Assembly: GCA_031264245.1 (NCBI GenBank)
Contig: JAISEG010000009.1
Span: forward strand, 4,986-68,985
DNA length: 64,000 nt
From: Oscillospiraceae bacterium
GTDB lineage: Bacteria > Bacillota > Clostridia > Oscillospirales > JAAYOS01
Direction of reading: 5' to 3'
The translations under genes and the position numbers were made by a program. Below are positions 40,041-47,746 of this stretch, one piece after another. Numbering within the stretch: the stretch's first letter is position 1; the number at the start of each line of letters is the position of its first letter. The notes beneath the pieces were generated by a model. It was not told where the DNA came from. It was given only the letters and a program-made list of their open reading frames with translations, and did not search any database.

Positions 40041-40118
40041 TTTGCGGACGCGCAAGGCGGTTCCTACGTACGCAACGTTTTTTTGTAGGGGCGCGCCTTG
40101 CGTGTCCGCAATTTTCCT
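40041..40118. repeat. P-family palindromic element copy (GCGGACGCGCAAGGCGG...GTAGGGGCGCGCCTTGCGTGTCCGCAATTTTCCTG)
   Basis: ~25-bp inverted arms; shares right end with 60285-60335. Confidence 0.75.
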
Positions 40119-40151
40119 GCAATAAAAATTACAGCAAAAAGGAGATTTCAA

Positions 40152-42458
40152 ATGGACAGATTTATGCTTCCCTCCGGGTGGATATGGACGGAGGAATGGA
40201 TGCACAGCGACAGTGAAAAGCCCAAGCTTGTTCACTTCCGCAGAACCCTTAACACCGATAAAGAGCTCAGCTCCTTCGTGATCAATATTTCCGCCGACTC
40301 GCGCTACCGCCTTTACGTCAACGGAAACCCGGTGTGCGTCGGACCCTGCAAGGGGGATGATGCCGTCTGGTACTACGAAACGGTGGACGTCGCGGAATAC
40401 ATGACCTCCGGTGAGAATGTTATCGCCGCGACGGTTCTGCGCTACCCGACGGACGGCGCATACAACCACTCGGTATGGCGGACCAAGACGCCGGGTCTGT
40501 ATCTTAAGGGCAGGCTTGAATTCCCGGATGGCACGGGTGAGGATATAACCTGTGACAAGCAGTGGAAAAGCAGAATCAACAGGGGCACGGACATCGTTTC
40601 CGAAATGCCATACGGCGGGTTCCTGAACATAAACGAGACCGCTGCGGGCATTTCCGAGCTTCAGGGCTGGACCCTCCCCGGCTACAATGACGAAAGCTGG
40701 GCGGGAGTTAAGGAGTATTCGGGCTTCTCACTGCCTAAGTCCGTCAGCCCCGGAGGTCTCTGTCCCCGCCCGATACCGCTCATGTACGAAACCGCGCGGA
40801 AATTCGCGGGGGTCATGGCTGTGCGGAAATCCGCGCACGCGGCGGCGGAGTGGGAGGGTATGCTCCGCGGCGGAAACGCGGTCACCGTTGCCGCGAACAC
40901 AACCGAAATTGTCGAGCTTAACGCGGGAGAGCTTACCACAGGATACCTGCGGCTGGCGCTGGAGGGCGGAGACGGCGCCGAGATAAAAATCCTCTGCTCC
41001 GAAAGCTACGCCTTTCCCCGCGAGAATCCGACAATATTTGAGCACAATCCCATCAAGTCGGACAGGACCGACTGGGAAAACGGGACGCTTGTGGGTTACA
41101 CCGACGTTTACACCGCGGGCGGCTTCGGAACGCCGGAAAGTCCGGAGGTCTATGAACCGTTCTGGTTCCGCACCTTCCGGTTTGTCCGGCTTGAAATTGC
41201 CGCCGGGGATAAGCCGCTGACCGTGACGGGGGTGGATTACCGCGAAACCGGCTATCCCCTTGAGCCTGTGACGACGGCTGCCGCCTCCGACCCGGATTTC
41301 GCCGGTATATGGGACATAAGCCTGCGCTCGCTCAGACGGTGTATGCACGAGACGTATGAGGACTGCCCCTTCTACGAGCAGCTGCAATACGCGATGGACA
41401 CCCGCTCCCAGATTCTCTTCACCTACGCGACGGCGGGGGACGACCGCATGGCGCGGCGCACAATCGACGATTTCAGCCGTTCCCAGCGTCCCGACGGGAT
41501 GATAAACTGCTGTTACCCCTCCTACGGACCGAACATAATCCCCGGCTTTTCAATATATTATATCCTTATGATACACGACCACATGATGTACTTCGGGGAC
41601 CGGGAGCTTGTGAGAAGGTATCTCCCCACAATCGACGGCATACTTGAGTTCTTCCACCGCGCGCTGGACGAACGCGGCATTGTCGGCTCTGTCGGCGGGA
41701 TCCATATACAGAAAAAATACTGGTCGTTTATCGACTGGGTCGACGAATGGCAGGCAGGCGTCCCGAAAACCGGAGAGAGCGGCTGTATAACGATGGAGAG
41801 CCTGCTGTACATATACGGACTTATGCACGCGGCGGAGCTTGCCGAATACGCCGGACGCGGAGGCGTCGCCGGGGAGTACCGCGAACGCGCCGAGAACGTA
41901 CGCAAAGCAATTCGGAAATGCTGCGCCGGCAAAGACGGGCTAATTAAGGACAGCCCGGACCTGGAGGAATACAGCCAGCACTGCCAGGCGTTTGCGGCGC
42001 TGACAAATACGGTTACGGGAGAGGACGCCGTCAAACTGATGGAGGCGGCGCTCGATCAGGAGTCGCTCGCGAAGTGTTCCGTATCGTTTGCGTTCTATCT
42101 GTTCCGCGCGCTGGAGCAGACTGGGCTGTATCACAGAACCAAGCCCCTGTGGAACTCATGGCGGGAAATGCTGAAGATGCATCTCACCACCTGTGTTGAG
42201 AACGGCGCCTCCGGGAGAAGCGACTGTCACGCGTGGGGCTCGCTCCTGCTCTACGAGCTGCCGGCGGTCATCCTCGGGGTGCGCCCGGCGGAGCCGGGGT
42301 ACAAATCGGTGAAGGTACAGCCGAACCTGGGCTATTTGGACAGCGCGGAGGGCAGCGTTATCACTCCGCACGGCATGGTGAAGGTCTCCGTCCGAAACAG
42401 TGACGGCGCTGCAATATCCGAAATATCCGCGCCGGAAGGCGTGAAAATCGTCAGGTAA
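40152..42458 (+). CDS. alpha-L-rhamnosidase (GH78 family)
   Basis: ~770 aa; GH78 architecture; start at MDRFMLP with AAAAGGAG RBS. Confidence 0.75.
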   Translation: MDRFMLPSGWIWTEEWMHSDSEKPKLVHFRRTLNTDKELSSFVINISADSRYRLYVNGNPVCVGPCKGDDAVWYYETVDVAEYMTSGENVIAATVLRYPTDGAYNHSVWRTKTPGLYLKGRLEFPDGTGEDITCDKQWKSRINRGTDIVSEMPYGGFLNINETAAGISELQGWTLPGYNDESWAGVKEYSGFSLPKSVSPGGLCPRPIPLMYETARKFAGVMAVRKSAHAAAEWEGMLRGGNAVTVAANTTEIVELNAGELTTGYLRLALEGGDGAEIKILCSESYAFPRENPTIFEHNPIKSDRTDWENGTLVGYTDVYTAGGFGTPESPEVYEPFWFRTFRFVRLEIAAGDKPLTVTGVDYRETGYPLEPVTTAAASDPDFAGIWDISLRSLRRCMHETYEDCPFYEQLQYAMDTRSQILFTYATAGDDRMARRTIDDFSRSQRPDGMINCCYPSYGPNIIPGFSIYYILMIHDHMMYFGDRELVRRYLPTIDGILEFFHRALDERGIVGSVGGIHIQKKYWSFIDWVDEWQAGVPKTGESGCITMESLLYIYGLMHAAELAEYAGRGGVAGEYRERAENVRKAIRKCCAGKDGLIKDSPDLEEYSQHCQAFAALTNTVTGEDAVKLMEAALDQESLAKCSVSFAFYLFRALEQTGLYHRTKPLWNSWREMLKMHLTTCVENGASGRSDCHAWGSLLLYELPAVILGVRPAEPGYKSVKVQPNLGYLDSAEGSVITPHGMVKVSVRNSDGAAISEISAPEGVKIVR

Positions 42459-42557
42459 ACGCGGAACAACGCAGGACACGGTGTGCCAAGGCACACCGTG
42501 TCCTGCGTTGTTGCAGCATTAATTATTCATTTATGGCATGACCCGCTCCGTACAAAT

Positions 42558-42902
42558 TCACTGGCTGAGCTTATATAAAGCGTATTGGTTGAGTGAAACG
42601 CCTTCTTTTTCCGCTTCGATGGCAAGCTTTCCGTGAAGTGACTTAGGAAGTCTTATAACGAATTTGCCGCTATATTTTTCGTAATCAACCGGCAGCGGCA
42701 CGGAGAACCCGTTTTCTATCTTTGTTTCAATCCAACCCTCCATTGCCTCAATAAGGCAGTCATATGCCTCCTGAAAAGTATCCCCTGTGCTCTGACATCC
42801 GTCAAGCTCCAGCACCGAAGCGTGAAAATAAGCGCCGCTTTCATCGCTTACCGGCTTGATTATATAGTTGTACGGCAATTTCATGTACTCCTGTATGCTC
42901 AT
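42558..42902 (-). CDS. hicB: HicB-family antitoxin
   Basis: 114 aa; HicB/UPF0150 fold with C-terminal RHH-like tail; GAGGAGG RBS; follows hicA. Confidence 0.75.
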   Translation of the reverse strand: MSIQEYMKLPYNYIIKPVSDESGAYFHASVLELDGCQSTGDTFQEAYDCLIEAMEGWIETKIENGFSVPLPVDYEKYSGKFVIRLPKSLHGKLAIEAEKEGVSLNQYALYKLSQ

Positions 42903-42923
42903 TATAAGAACCTCCTCAGCGCG

Positions 42924-43151
42924 TCAGGCGCGATATATACGTCTAAGTATGTCTTTGACGTACACCGCTTTTAACGGATTTTCTTTTTTAATTGTGATTA
43001 CGTCCCCGGCTTCGTTTACATAGTGGCAATGTGACCCCTTTTGCCTATCGAGGCGATAATCGTGTGCGGCTAATACTTTGTCAGCCTCCGCCATGCTTAT
43101 ACCGTTTGGCTGACGCTTCATCTTTTCGATTATCTTTTCCGCACTTGCCAT
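42924..43151 (-). CDS. hicA: HicA-family mRNA interferase toxin
   Basis: ~75 aa with GSH motif (QKGSHCHYV); immediately upstream of hicB. Confidence 0.7.
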   Translation of the reverse strand: MASAEKIIEKMKRQPNGISMAEADKVLAAHDYRLDRQKGSHCHYVNEAGDVITIKKENPLKAVYVKDILRRIYRA

Positions 43152-43186
43152 GATTATCACTTCCTATGCAATTTCTGAATTGCATC

Positions 43187-43222
43187 ATTGACATATAGTA
43201 TCATATTAGATACTATATGTCA
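43187..43222. promoter_or_regulatory. perfect 15-bp inverted repeat TTGACATATAGTATC-atatta-GATACTATATGTCAA at hicAB promoter (candidate operator)
   Basis: Seen directly, 36 bp upstream of hicA; both arms contain TTGACA. Confidence 0.55.
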
Positions 43223-43277
43223 ATGCTTATTTGGGGTTATCCTGCAAAATTAATTATTCAGCATTAATTATTGCGGG

Positions 43278-44168
43278 TCAGTTTTCCGTCCAAAGCACCG
43301 TCTTGTCCTTGCCGCTTTTCTTTGCCTTGTACAGCGCCTCGTCCACCGCCGCGAAGTATTCCCGTCTCGCGCCGAAGCGTATGGGGTCATACCTGCATAT
43401 CCCGATACTCACCGAAACGCTTATATTCCATGAAAGATCCTGCGTGTCCCGGCAAAAGCTCCGTCTCACCCTTTCCGCAAAGTCAAGCGCTTCCTCCCCG
43501 CCGCTTCTCATCAAAACGGCGAACTCCTCCCCGCCGTACCGGAAGGTCTCGAGCTCCTCCCGCTCCTCCGCGGCTCTACCGATGGAGTTCACCAGCGTCA
43601 TGATCACCTCGTCTCCGACGCTGCTGCCATACCTGTCGTTTATGCTTTTAAAATTGTCTATGTCCAGTATAAGCAGGTATATCTCCTCCCCCGTCTCGTT
43701 GTGCCGCTTTATCCTCATGTCCAGCCGTTCGTAAAACGAGGTGTGGTTGCCAAGCCCGGTGAGCTCATCCCGCTTTGCCCGAAGGTGGGAGCGGTTGACC
43801 TCTTCCGCAAGCTCCTGTCCGCGTTTAAGCGCCAGCCTTGACAAAAAGAATATCACAAACAGCACACCCAGCGCCGCGGCGGCGCTTATCACGTCCGCGG
43901 CGTCTATCGCGGGGTGCGGTTCCATAGCCTGCGCGGCGGCGCATATTATGTATCCCAGCGAGGACGCGAAATATGAAAGCCGCAGTACCCGCAGATCCAG
44001 ATATATAAGCGAAACGGCGAGCGGGATACAGTAGGTCATGCTTATTACCCGCGGGCTGCCGCAAAGGATATGCAGCGCCATGCAGATAAGTACGGCGGCG
44101 AGAACACAGACCGTTCCCCGAACCCGCTGCTTGTCCCAGGGTTTGTTTTCATTCTTAAGCGGCGTCAT
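43278..44168 (-). CDS. membrane-anchored GGDEF-domain diguanylate cyclase
   Basis: ORF 43278..44612 trimmed to MTPLKNEN (AGGGGG RBS) because the extension overlaps the MATE gene; ~5 TM helices then a GGEEF-containing GGDEF domain. Confidence 0.75.
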   Translation of the reverse strand: MTPLKNENKPWDKQRVRGTVCVLAAVLICMALHILCGSPRVISMTYCIPLAVSLIYLDLRVLRLSYFASSLGYIICAAAQAMEPHPAIDAADVISAAAALGVLFVIFFLSRLALKRGQELAEEVNRSHLRAKRDELTGLGNHTSFYERLDMRIKRHNETGEEIYLLILDIDNFKSINDRYGSSVGDEVIMTLVNSIGRAAEEREELETFRYGGEEFAVLMRSGGEEALDFAERVRRSFCRDTQDLSWNISVSVSIGICRYDPIRFGARREYFAAVDEALYKAKKSGKDKTVLWTEN

Positions 44169-44197
44169 AATCCAGCCCCCTGCTTTTGCCTCATTTT

Positions 44198-45571
44198 TCA
44201 CAGCGGCGCGTCTGCTGCCGGTACCGCCGGTTGCAGCTCCTCCGCCTTTACCCGCTCCTTGTAGTCCTTGCACCACCTGCCCGAGAGCATACGCGGCACG
44301 TAGAACAGGCTTCTGCCCACCCAGTCGGTCAGCATGGAGAACCATATCCCAAATACTCCCCAGCCCAGATACACCCCAAAGACCCACGCGCACGCGACCC
44401 GCAGGGTAAACATTGAGATCACCGACACCACCATTGGGAAGGTGGTGTCTCCGGTGGAGCGAAGCATGTTGGGCGTGACGAAGGCGGGCACCCACAGCAG
44501 CGGCGAGGCGATAAGCACCATCCGAAGCGACCTCAGAGCAATCGGGATACTCTCCTCCACCGGCTGGTACAGACCGATAAGCGGTTCGATAAATATAAGC
44601 ATAAGCGTACATGCCAGCAGCAGAAGCGCCATACTCGCGGCGGTGAGTTTTTTCATATAGCGCATTGTCTCGCGTATCTTGCCCGCGCCGTAGGTCTGCC
44701 CGATCACCGTCATTGAAACGATGCCCGCGGCGTTGCCCGGCAGGTTGATAAATCCGGCAAGGGACGAGGTTATCGAGTACGCCGCCAGCGCCGCCGTACC
44801 CATCCCCGACATAAACACCTGCACGATAATTTTACCTATGTTGAACAAAAAGGAGTCCGCCCCCACAGGCAGGGCAATTTTTATTATCGGTCCGAGTATC
44901 TCGCCGCTGAGCTTTAAGCTGAACCTGTCAAGGCTTATCATAGGGTTTCGGGCAAGCTTGAAATACATCACAAGCGAAGAAATCACCCTGGAGACTCCGA
45001 TCCCAATGCCTATTCCGATAACCCCGAAGCCCAGCCCCTTTATAAGTATAACCGCCACTAAAATATACGCGATATTCGCGGCAAGCGACGCAACCATAGG
45101 GCTTTTGCTGTCCCCCGCCGCCCGAGCGATCCCCGCGGCGGTGGAGTACAGCGCCAAAAACGGAAAGCTTATCGAGGATGCGGTCAAAAATATCTGCGCC
45201 GCGTCGATCACGTCCGCCTCAGCGCCGCCGAAGAGCGCATGCAGTATCTGCCGCGCAAATATTATCATCAATGTACCCAATATCGCCGCCGCTTCGACCG
45301 ACACGACGATGGCCTGCATACCCGACCTCCCCGCCCTGTCGATATTTCCCGCGCCGATGAACTGGGAAACGACGACAGTAACGCCGGTGGCAATCGAGGT
45401 AAAGACGTTCATAAGCAAAAAGTTTATCGAATCCACAAGCGCCACGCCGGACACAGCCTGCGGACCTATCCCGGATACCATCATAGTGCCTATCATGGTT
45501 ATCACTGTGGCAAGCGCCTGTTCTATGAACACGGGCACATACAAGCGCAGCAGCCGCCTATTGTCAAACAA
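44198..45571 (-). CDS. MATE family efflux transporter
   Basis: 457 aa, 12 TM, MATE signature region. Confidence 0.8.
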   Translation of the reverse strand: MFDNRRLLRLYVPVFIEQALATVITMIGTMMVSGIGPQAVSGVALVDSINFLLMNVFTSIATGVTVVVSQFIGAGNIDRAGRSGMQAIVVSVEAAAILGTLMIIFARQILHALFGGAEADVIDAAQIFLTASSISFPFLALYSTAAGIARAAGDSKSPMVASLAANIAYILVAVILIKGLGFGVIGIGIGIGVSRVISSLVMYFKLARNPMISLDRFSLKLSGEILGPIIKIALPVGADSFLFNIGKIIVQVFMSGMGTAALAAYSITSSLAGFINLPGNAAGIVSMTVIGQTYGAGKIRETMRYMKKLTAASMALLLLACTLMLIFIEPLIGLYQPVEESIPIALRSLRMVLIASPLLWVPAFVTPNMLRSTGDTTFPMVVSVISMFTLRVACAWVFGVYLGWGVFGIWFSMLTDWVGRSLFYVPRMLSGRWCKDYKERVKAEELQPAVPAADAPL

Positions 45572-45598
45572 GTAAGGTTCACCCTTCCTGATAAAGGC

Positions 45599-45690
45599 AA
45601 TTAACTTTAGAATGAGTTCCTTTTATGGCTTAAAGCCAGCCATATATGCGTAAAGCCGGAAAAGGGCTATACGCATTCTTAAGTTAATTG
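45599..45690. repeat. T-family palindromic miniature repeat, copy 2 (inverted, with 15-bp insert)
   Basis: Homologous to copies at 10352 and 62008. Confidence 0.75.
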
Positions 45691-45892
45691 ACTATATATA
45701 TATTTCGCCGGTTCCCCGCATAAGCTATAATAAACTTACAAAGGAAATGTGTCAAACCCCTATATATCCAAAAAACAGAGCCAATAAATATTTTTATTGT
45801 ACAATATTTTATAAAAATTTAATTATTCACGCCGAAAATTATTGACAAAAATTCTCAGGATGCTAAAATAATTTTATAACCGCTGAACTGTT

Positions 45893-46000
45893 ATTTTATA
45901 GCAATTTGCATTGTCATAGACTTTAAATTGCTGAAAGAAACGTTGAATATGTGCGGTTATTTTAGCAATTTATATAGTCTATGTTATGTTAAATTGCTAT
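45893..46000. promoter_or_regulatory. ~108-bp conserved upstream element R2
   Basis: Near-identical to R1 at 38241-38349. Confidence 0.7.
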
Positions 46001-46019
46001 ATTGAAGGAGGTACCCAAA

Positions 46020-46502
46020 ATGGCATTTTTAGACAAACTCGGAGACCTCGCGAAGAACCTTGGTGACAAAACCCAGGACGCCATTGAGACGACGAAGCTC
46101 AACTCAAAAATCAATGGCGAAAAAAACGCCGCCGCCGAATGTATGCGGAAAATCGGTGAATATTATTACGGCAGATACAAGGAGGATGGTCAGGCGGATC
46201 CGGAGCTTGCCGAGCTGTACGCGGCTATCGACGGGCACAATCAGACCATCGCGGACGCGCAGGGCGAGATAGACAGGATCAAATCGGAGAGCGCCGCGCA
46301 ATCCGCCGCCGCTCAGCCCGCCGCCGCGCCCGGGGGAGCTTCCTGCACAGCCTGCGGCAAGGTAAACCCGGCGGGAACCAAGTTTTGCAGCGATTGCGGC
46401 GCGAAAATAGAAGCTCCGGCGGCTCCGGTCTGCCCCGGCTGCGGCGCCCAGCTTGCCCCGGGAGTCAAATTCTGCGCCGAGTGCGGATATAAACTGGCAT
46501 AG
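46020..46502 (+). CDS. coiled-coil protein with C-terminal double zinc-ribbon
   Basis: Start ATG 46020 (GAAGGAGG RBS); two CxxC..CxxC pairs (CTACGK..CSDCGA; CPGCGA..CAECGY). Confidence 0.6.
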   Translation: MAFLDKLGDLAKNLGDKTQDAIETTKLNSKINGEKNAAAECMRKIGEYYYGRYKEDGQADPELAELYAAIDGHNQTIADAQGEIDRIKSESAAQSAAAQPAAAPGGASCTACGKVNPAGTKFCSDCGAKIEAPAAPVCPGCGAQLAPGVKFCAECGYKLA

Positions 46503-46515
46503 GAGGAAGCGAGTT

Positions 46516-47565
46516 ATGAAAGCGGGAGAGATATTTTCTAAAACCATGCCCTTTGTATGGGCGAAGCTTCTGCTCGGTTTGGCTGCCGTCGCGATATCCG
46601 CGGTGCTGTTCGGTATCCTCATGGGGTTGGCATGGCTGTTCAATAACGGAAACGTCGGCTTGATTTTCTTGGCGATTTGGCTGGGCGCGGTCGGGGTTGT
46701 GCGCTTTGTTTTGATGCGCTATGTCGGTTACATGGTAAAGGCGGGGCATATCGCGGTGATGACCGAAGCGGTCACCACCGGGCGGATACCTGACGACCAG
46801 GTGGCGTACGGCAAGCAGATGGTCACCGAACGGTTCGCCACCTCCAACATCTACTTCGCGGTGGATTCGCTGGTGAGCGGAGCGGTAAAGCAAATACAAA
46901 GAGGAATCGGCAAGCTGGGAAACGCCCTCGACTTCATTCCGGGCATGGGAGCGGTCACCGGGCTTGCACAGTTTTTCATCGAAATTTCACTGGGGTACAT
47001 AGACGAGTGCTGCCTGGGCTATACCTTCTATAAAAAGGAGCAGGGCGCGTTCAAAAGCGCGGCGGACGGCGTAGTTATTTACGCCCAGAACGTAAAGGCG
47101 CTGCTGGCAAGCGCCGCCAAAACGATGGTGATGGTCGTTTTGGCGATGGCAGGCATTACGCTGGGACTGTTTATCGTGCTTGGGTTGATATTCAGGCTGT
47201 TCCATTGGTCGGGCTGGGTGGCATTTATTATCTCACTGCTGATCGCGTGGGCCATCAAGTTTGCCTTTATCGACAGCATGATACTTGCCCGCTCAATGGT
47301 GAGCTACATGGAGGTCGCTCCCTCCACCGTTATCACCTTTGACCTTTACGGCAAGCTCTGCGGTCTGTCCTCCAAGTTCAAGGAGCTGTTTAACAAGGGT
47401 GAAAGCGAAGCTCCGGCGCCGCAGACCGCCTATGCCGCCCCGGGCGGGTATACCGCGCCGGCCGGAACCGCGCCGGAGGATAAGCCGGTATTTTGCGGCG
47501 AGTGCGGAGCGAAAAACGAGCGCGGCGCAAAATTCTGCGGCAGCTGCGGCGCGGCGATGGGTTGA
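46516..47565 (+). CDS. polytopic membrane protein with C-terminal zinc-ribbon
   Basis: Start ATG 46516 (AGGAGGAAG RBS); ≥6 TM helices; C-terminal FCGECGAKNERGAKFCGSCG. Confidence 0.6.
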   Translation: MKAGEIFSKTMPFVWAKLLLGLAAVAISAVLFGILMGLAWLFNNGNVGLIFLAIWLGAVGVVRFVLMRYVGYMVKAGHIAVMTEAVTTGRIPDDQVAYGKQMVTERFATSNIYFAVDSLVSGAVKQIQRGIGKLGNALDFIPGMGAVTGLAQFFIEISLGYIDECCLGYTFYKKEQGAFKSAADGVVIYAQNVKALLASAAKTMVMVVLAMAGITLGLFIVLGLIFRLFHWSGWVAFIISLLIAWAIKFAFIDSMILARSMVSYMEVAPSTVITFDLYGKLCGLSSKFKELFNKGESEAPAPQTAYAAPGGYTAPAGTAPEDKPVFCGECGAKNERGAKFCGSCGAAMG

Positions 47566-47603
47566 CAGTTGACAATTGACAATTGACAGTTGACAGTTGG
47601 GGT
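47561..47603. repeat. H-family heptamer array (GTTGACA/ATTGACA units + GGGG), inverse orientation
   Basis: Overlaps the stop of the zinc-ribbon membrane gene. Confidence 0.7.
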
Positions 47604-47605
47604 TC

Positions 47606-47640
47606 GGGGGGAACGGCTTGCGCCGTTCCCTCTGTTTTTG
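47606..47640 (+). terminator. intrinsic terminator GGGAACGGCttgcGCCGTTCCC + T-run
   Basis: Seen directly after the zinc-ribbon operon. Confidence 0.6.
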
Positions 47641-47746
47641 CCCTGCCCCGCTGAATTTAATCTATCGATTATATTGATTTTTTAACAGGTATAACATATA
47701 ATAATTCAATACGTCAACAATTAATAAGGAGCAAGGAATTAAAACA

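Noticed and set aside
43278-44612. Long (444 aa) form of the GGDEF ORF
   Set aside because: The first 148 codons overlap the C-terminal coding region of the MATE transporter on the same strand in another frame and are Gly/Ala/Arg-rich; internal ATG 44168 with an AGGGGG RBS is the plausible start.
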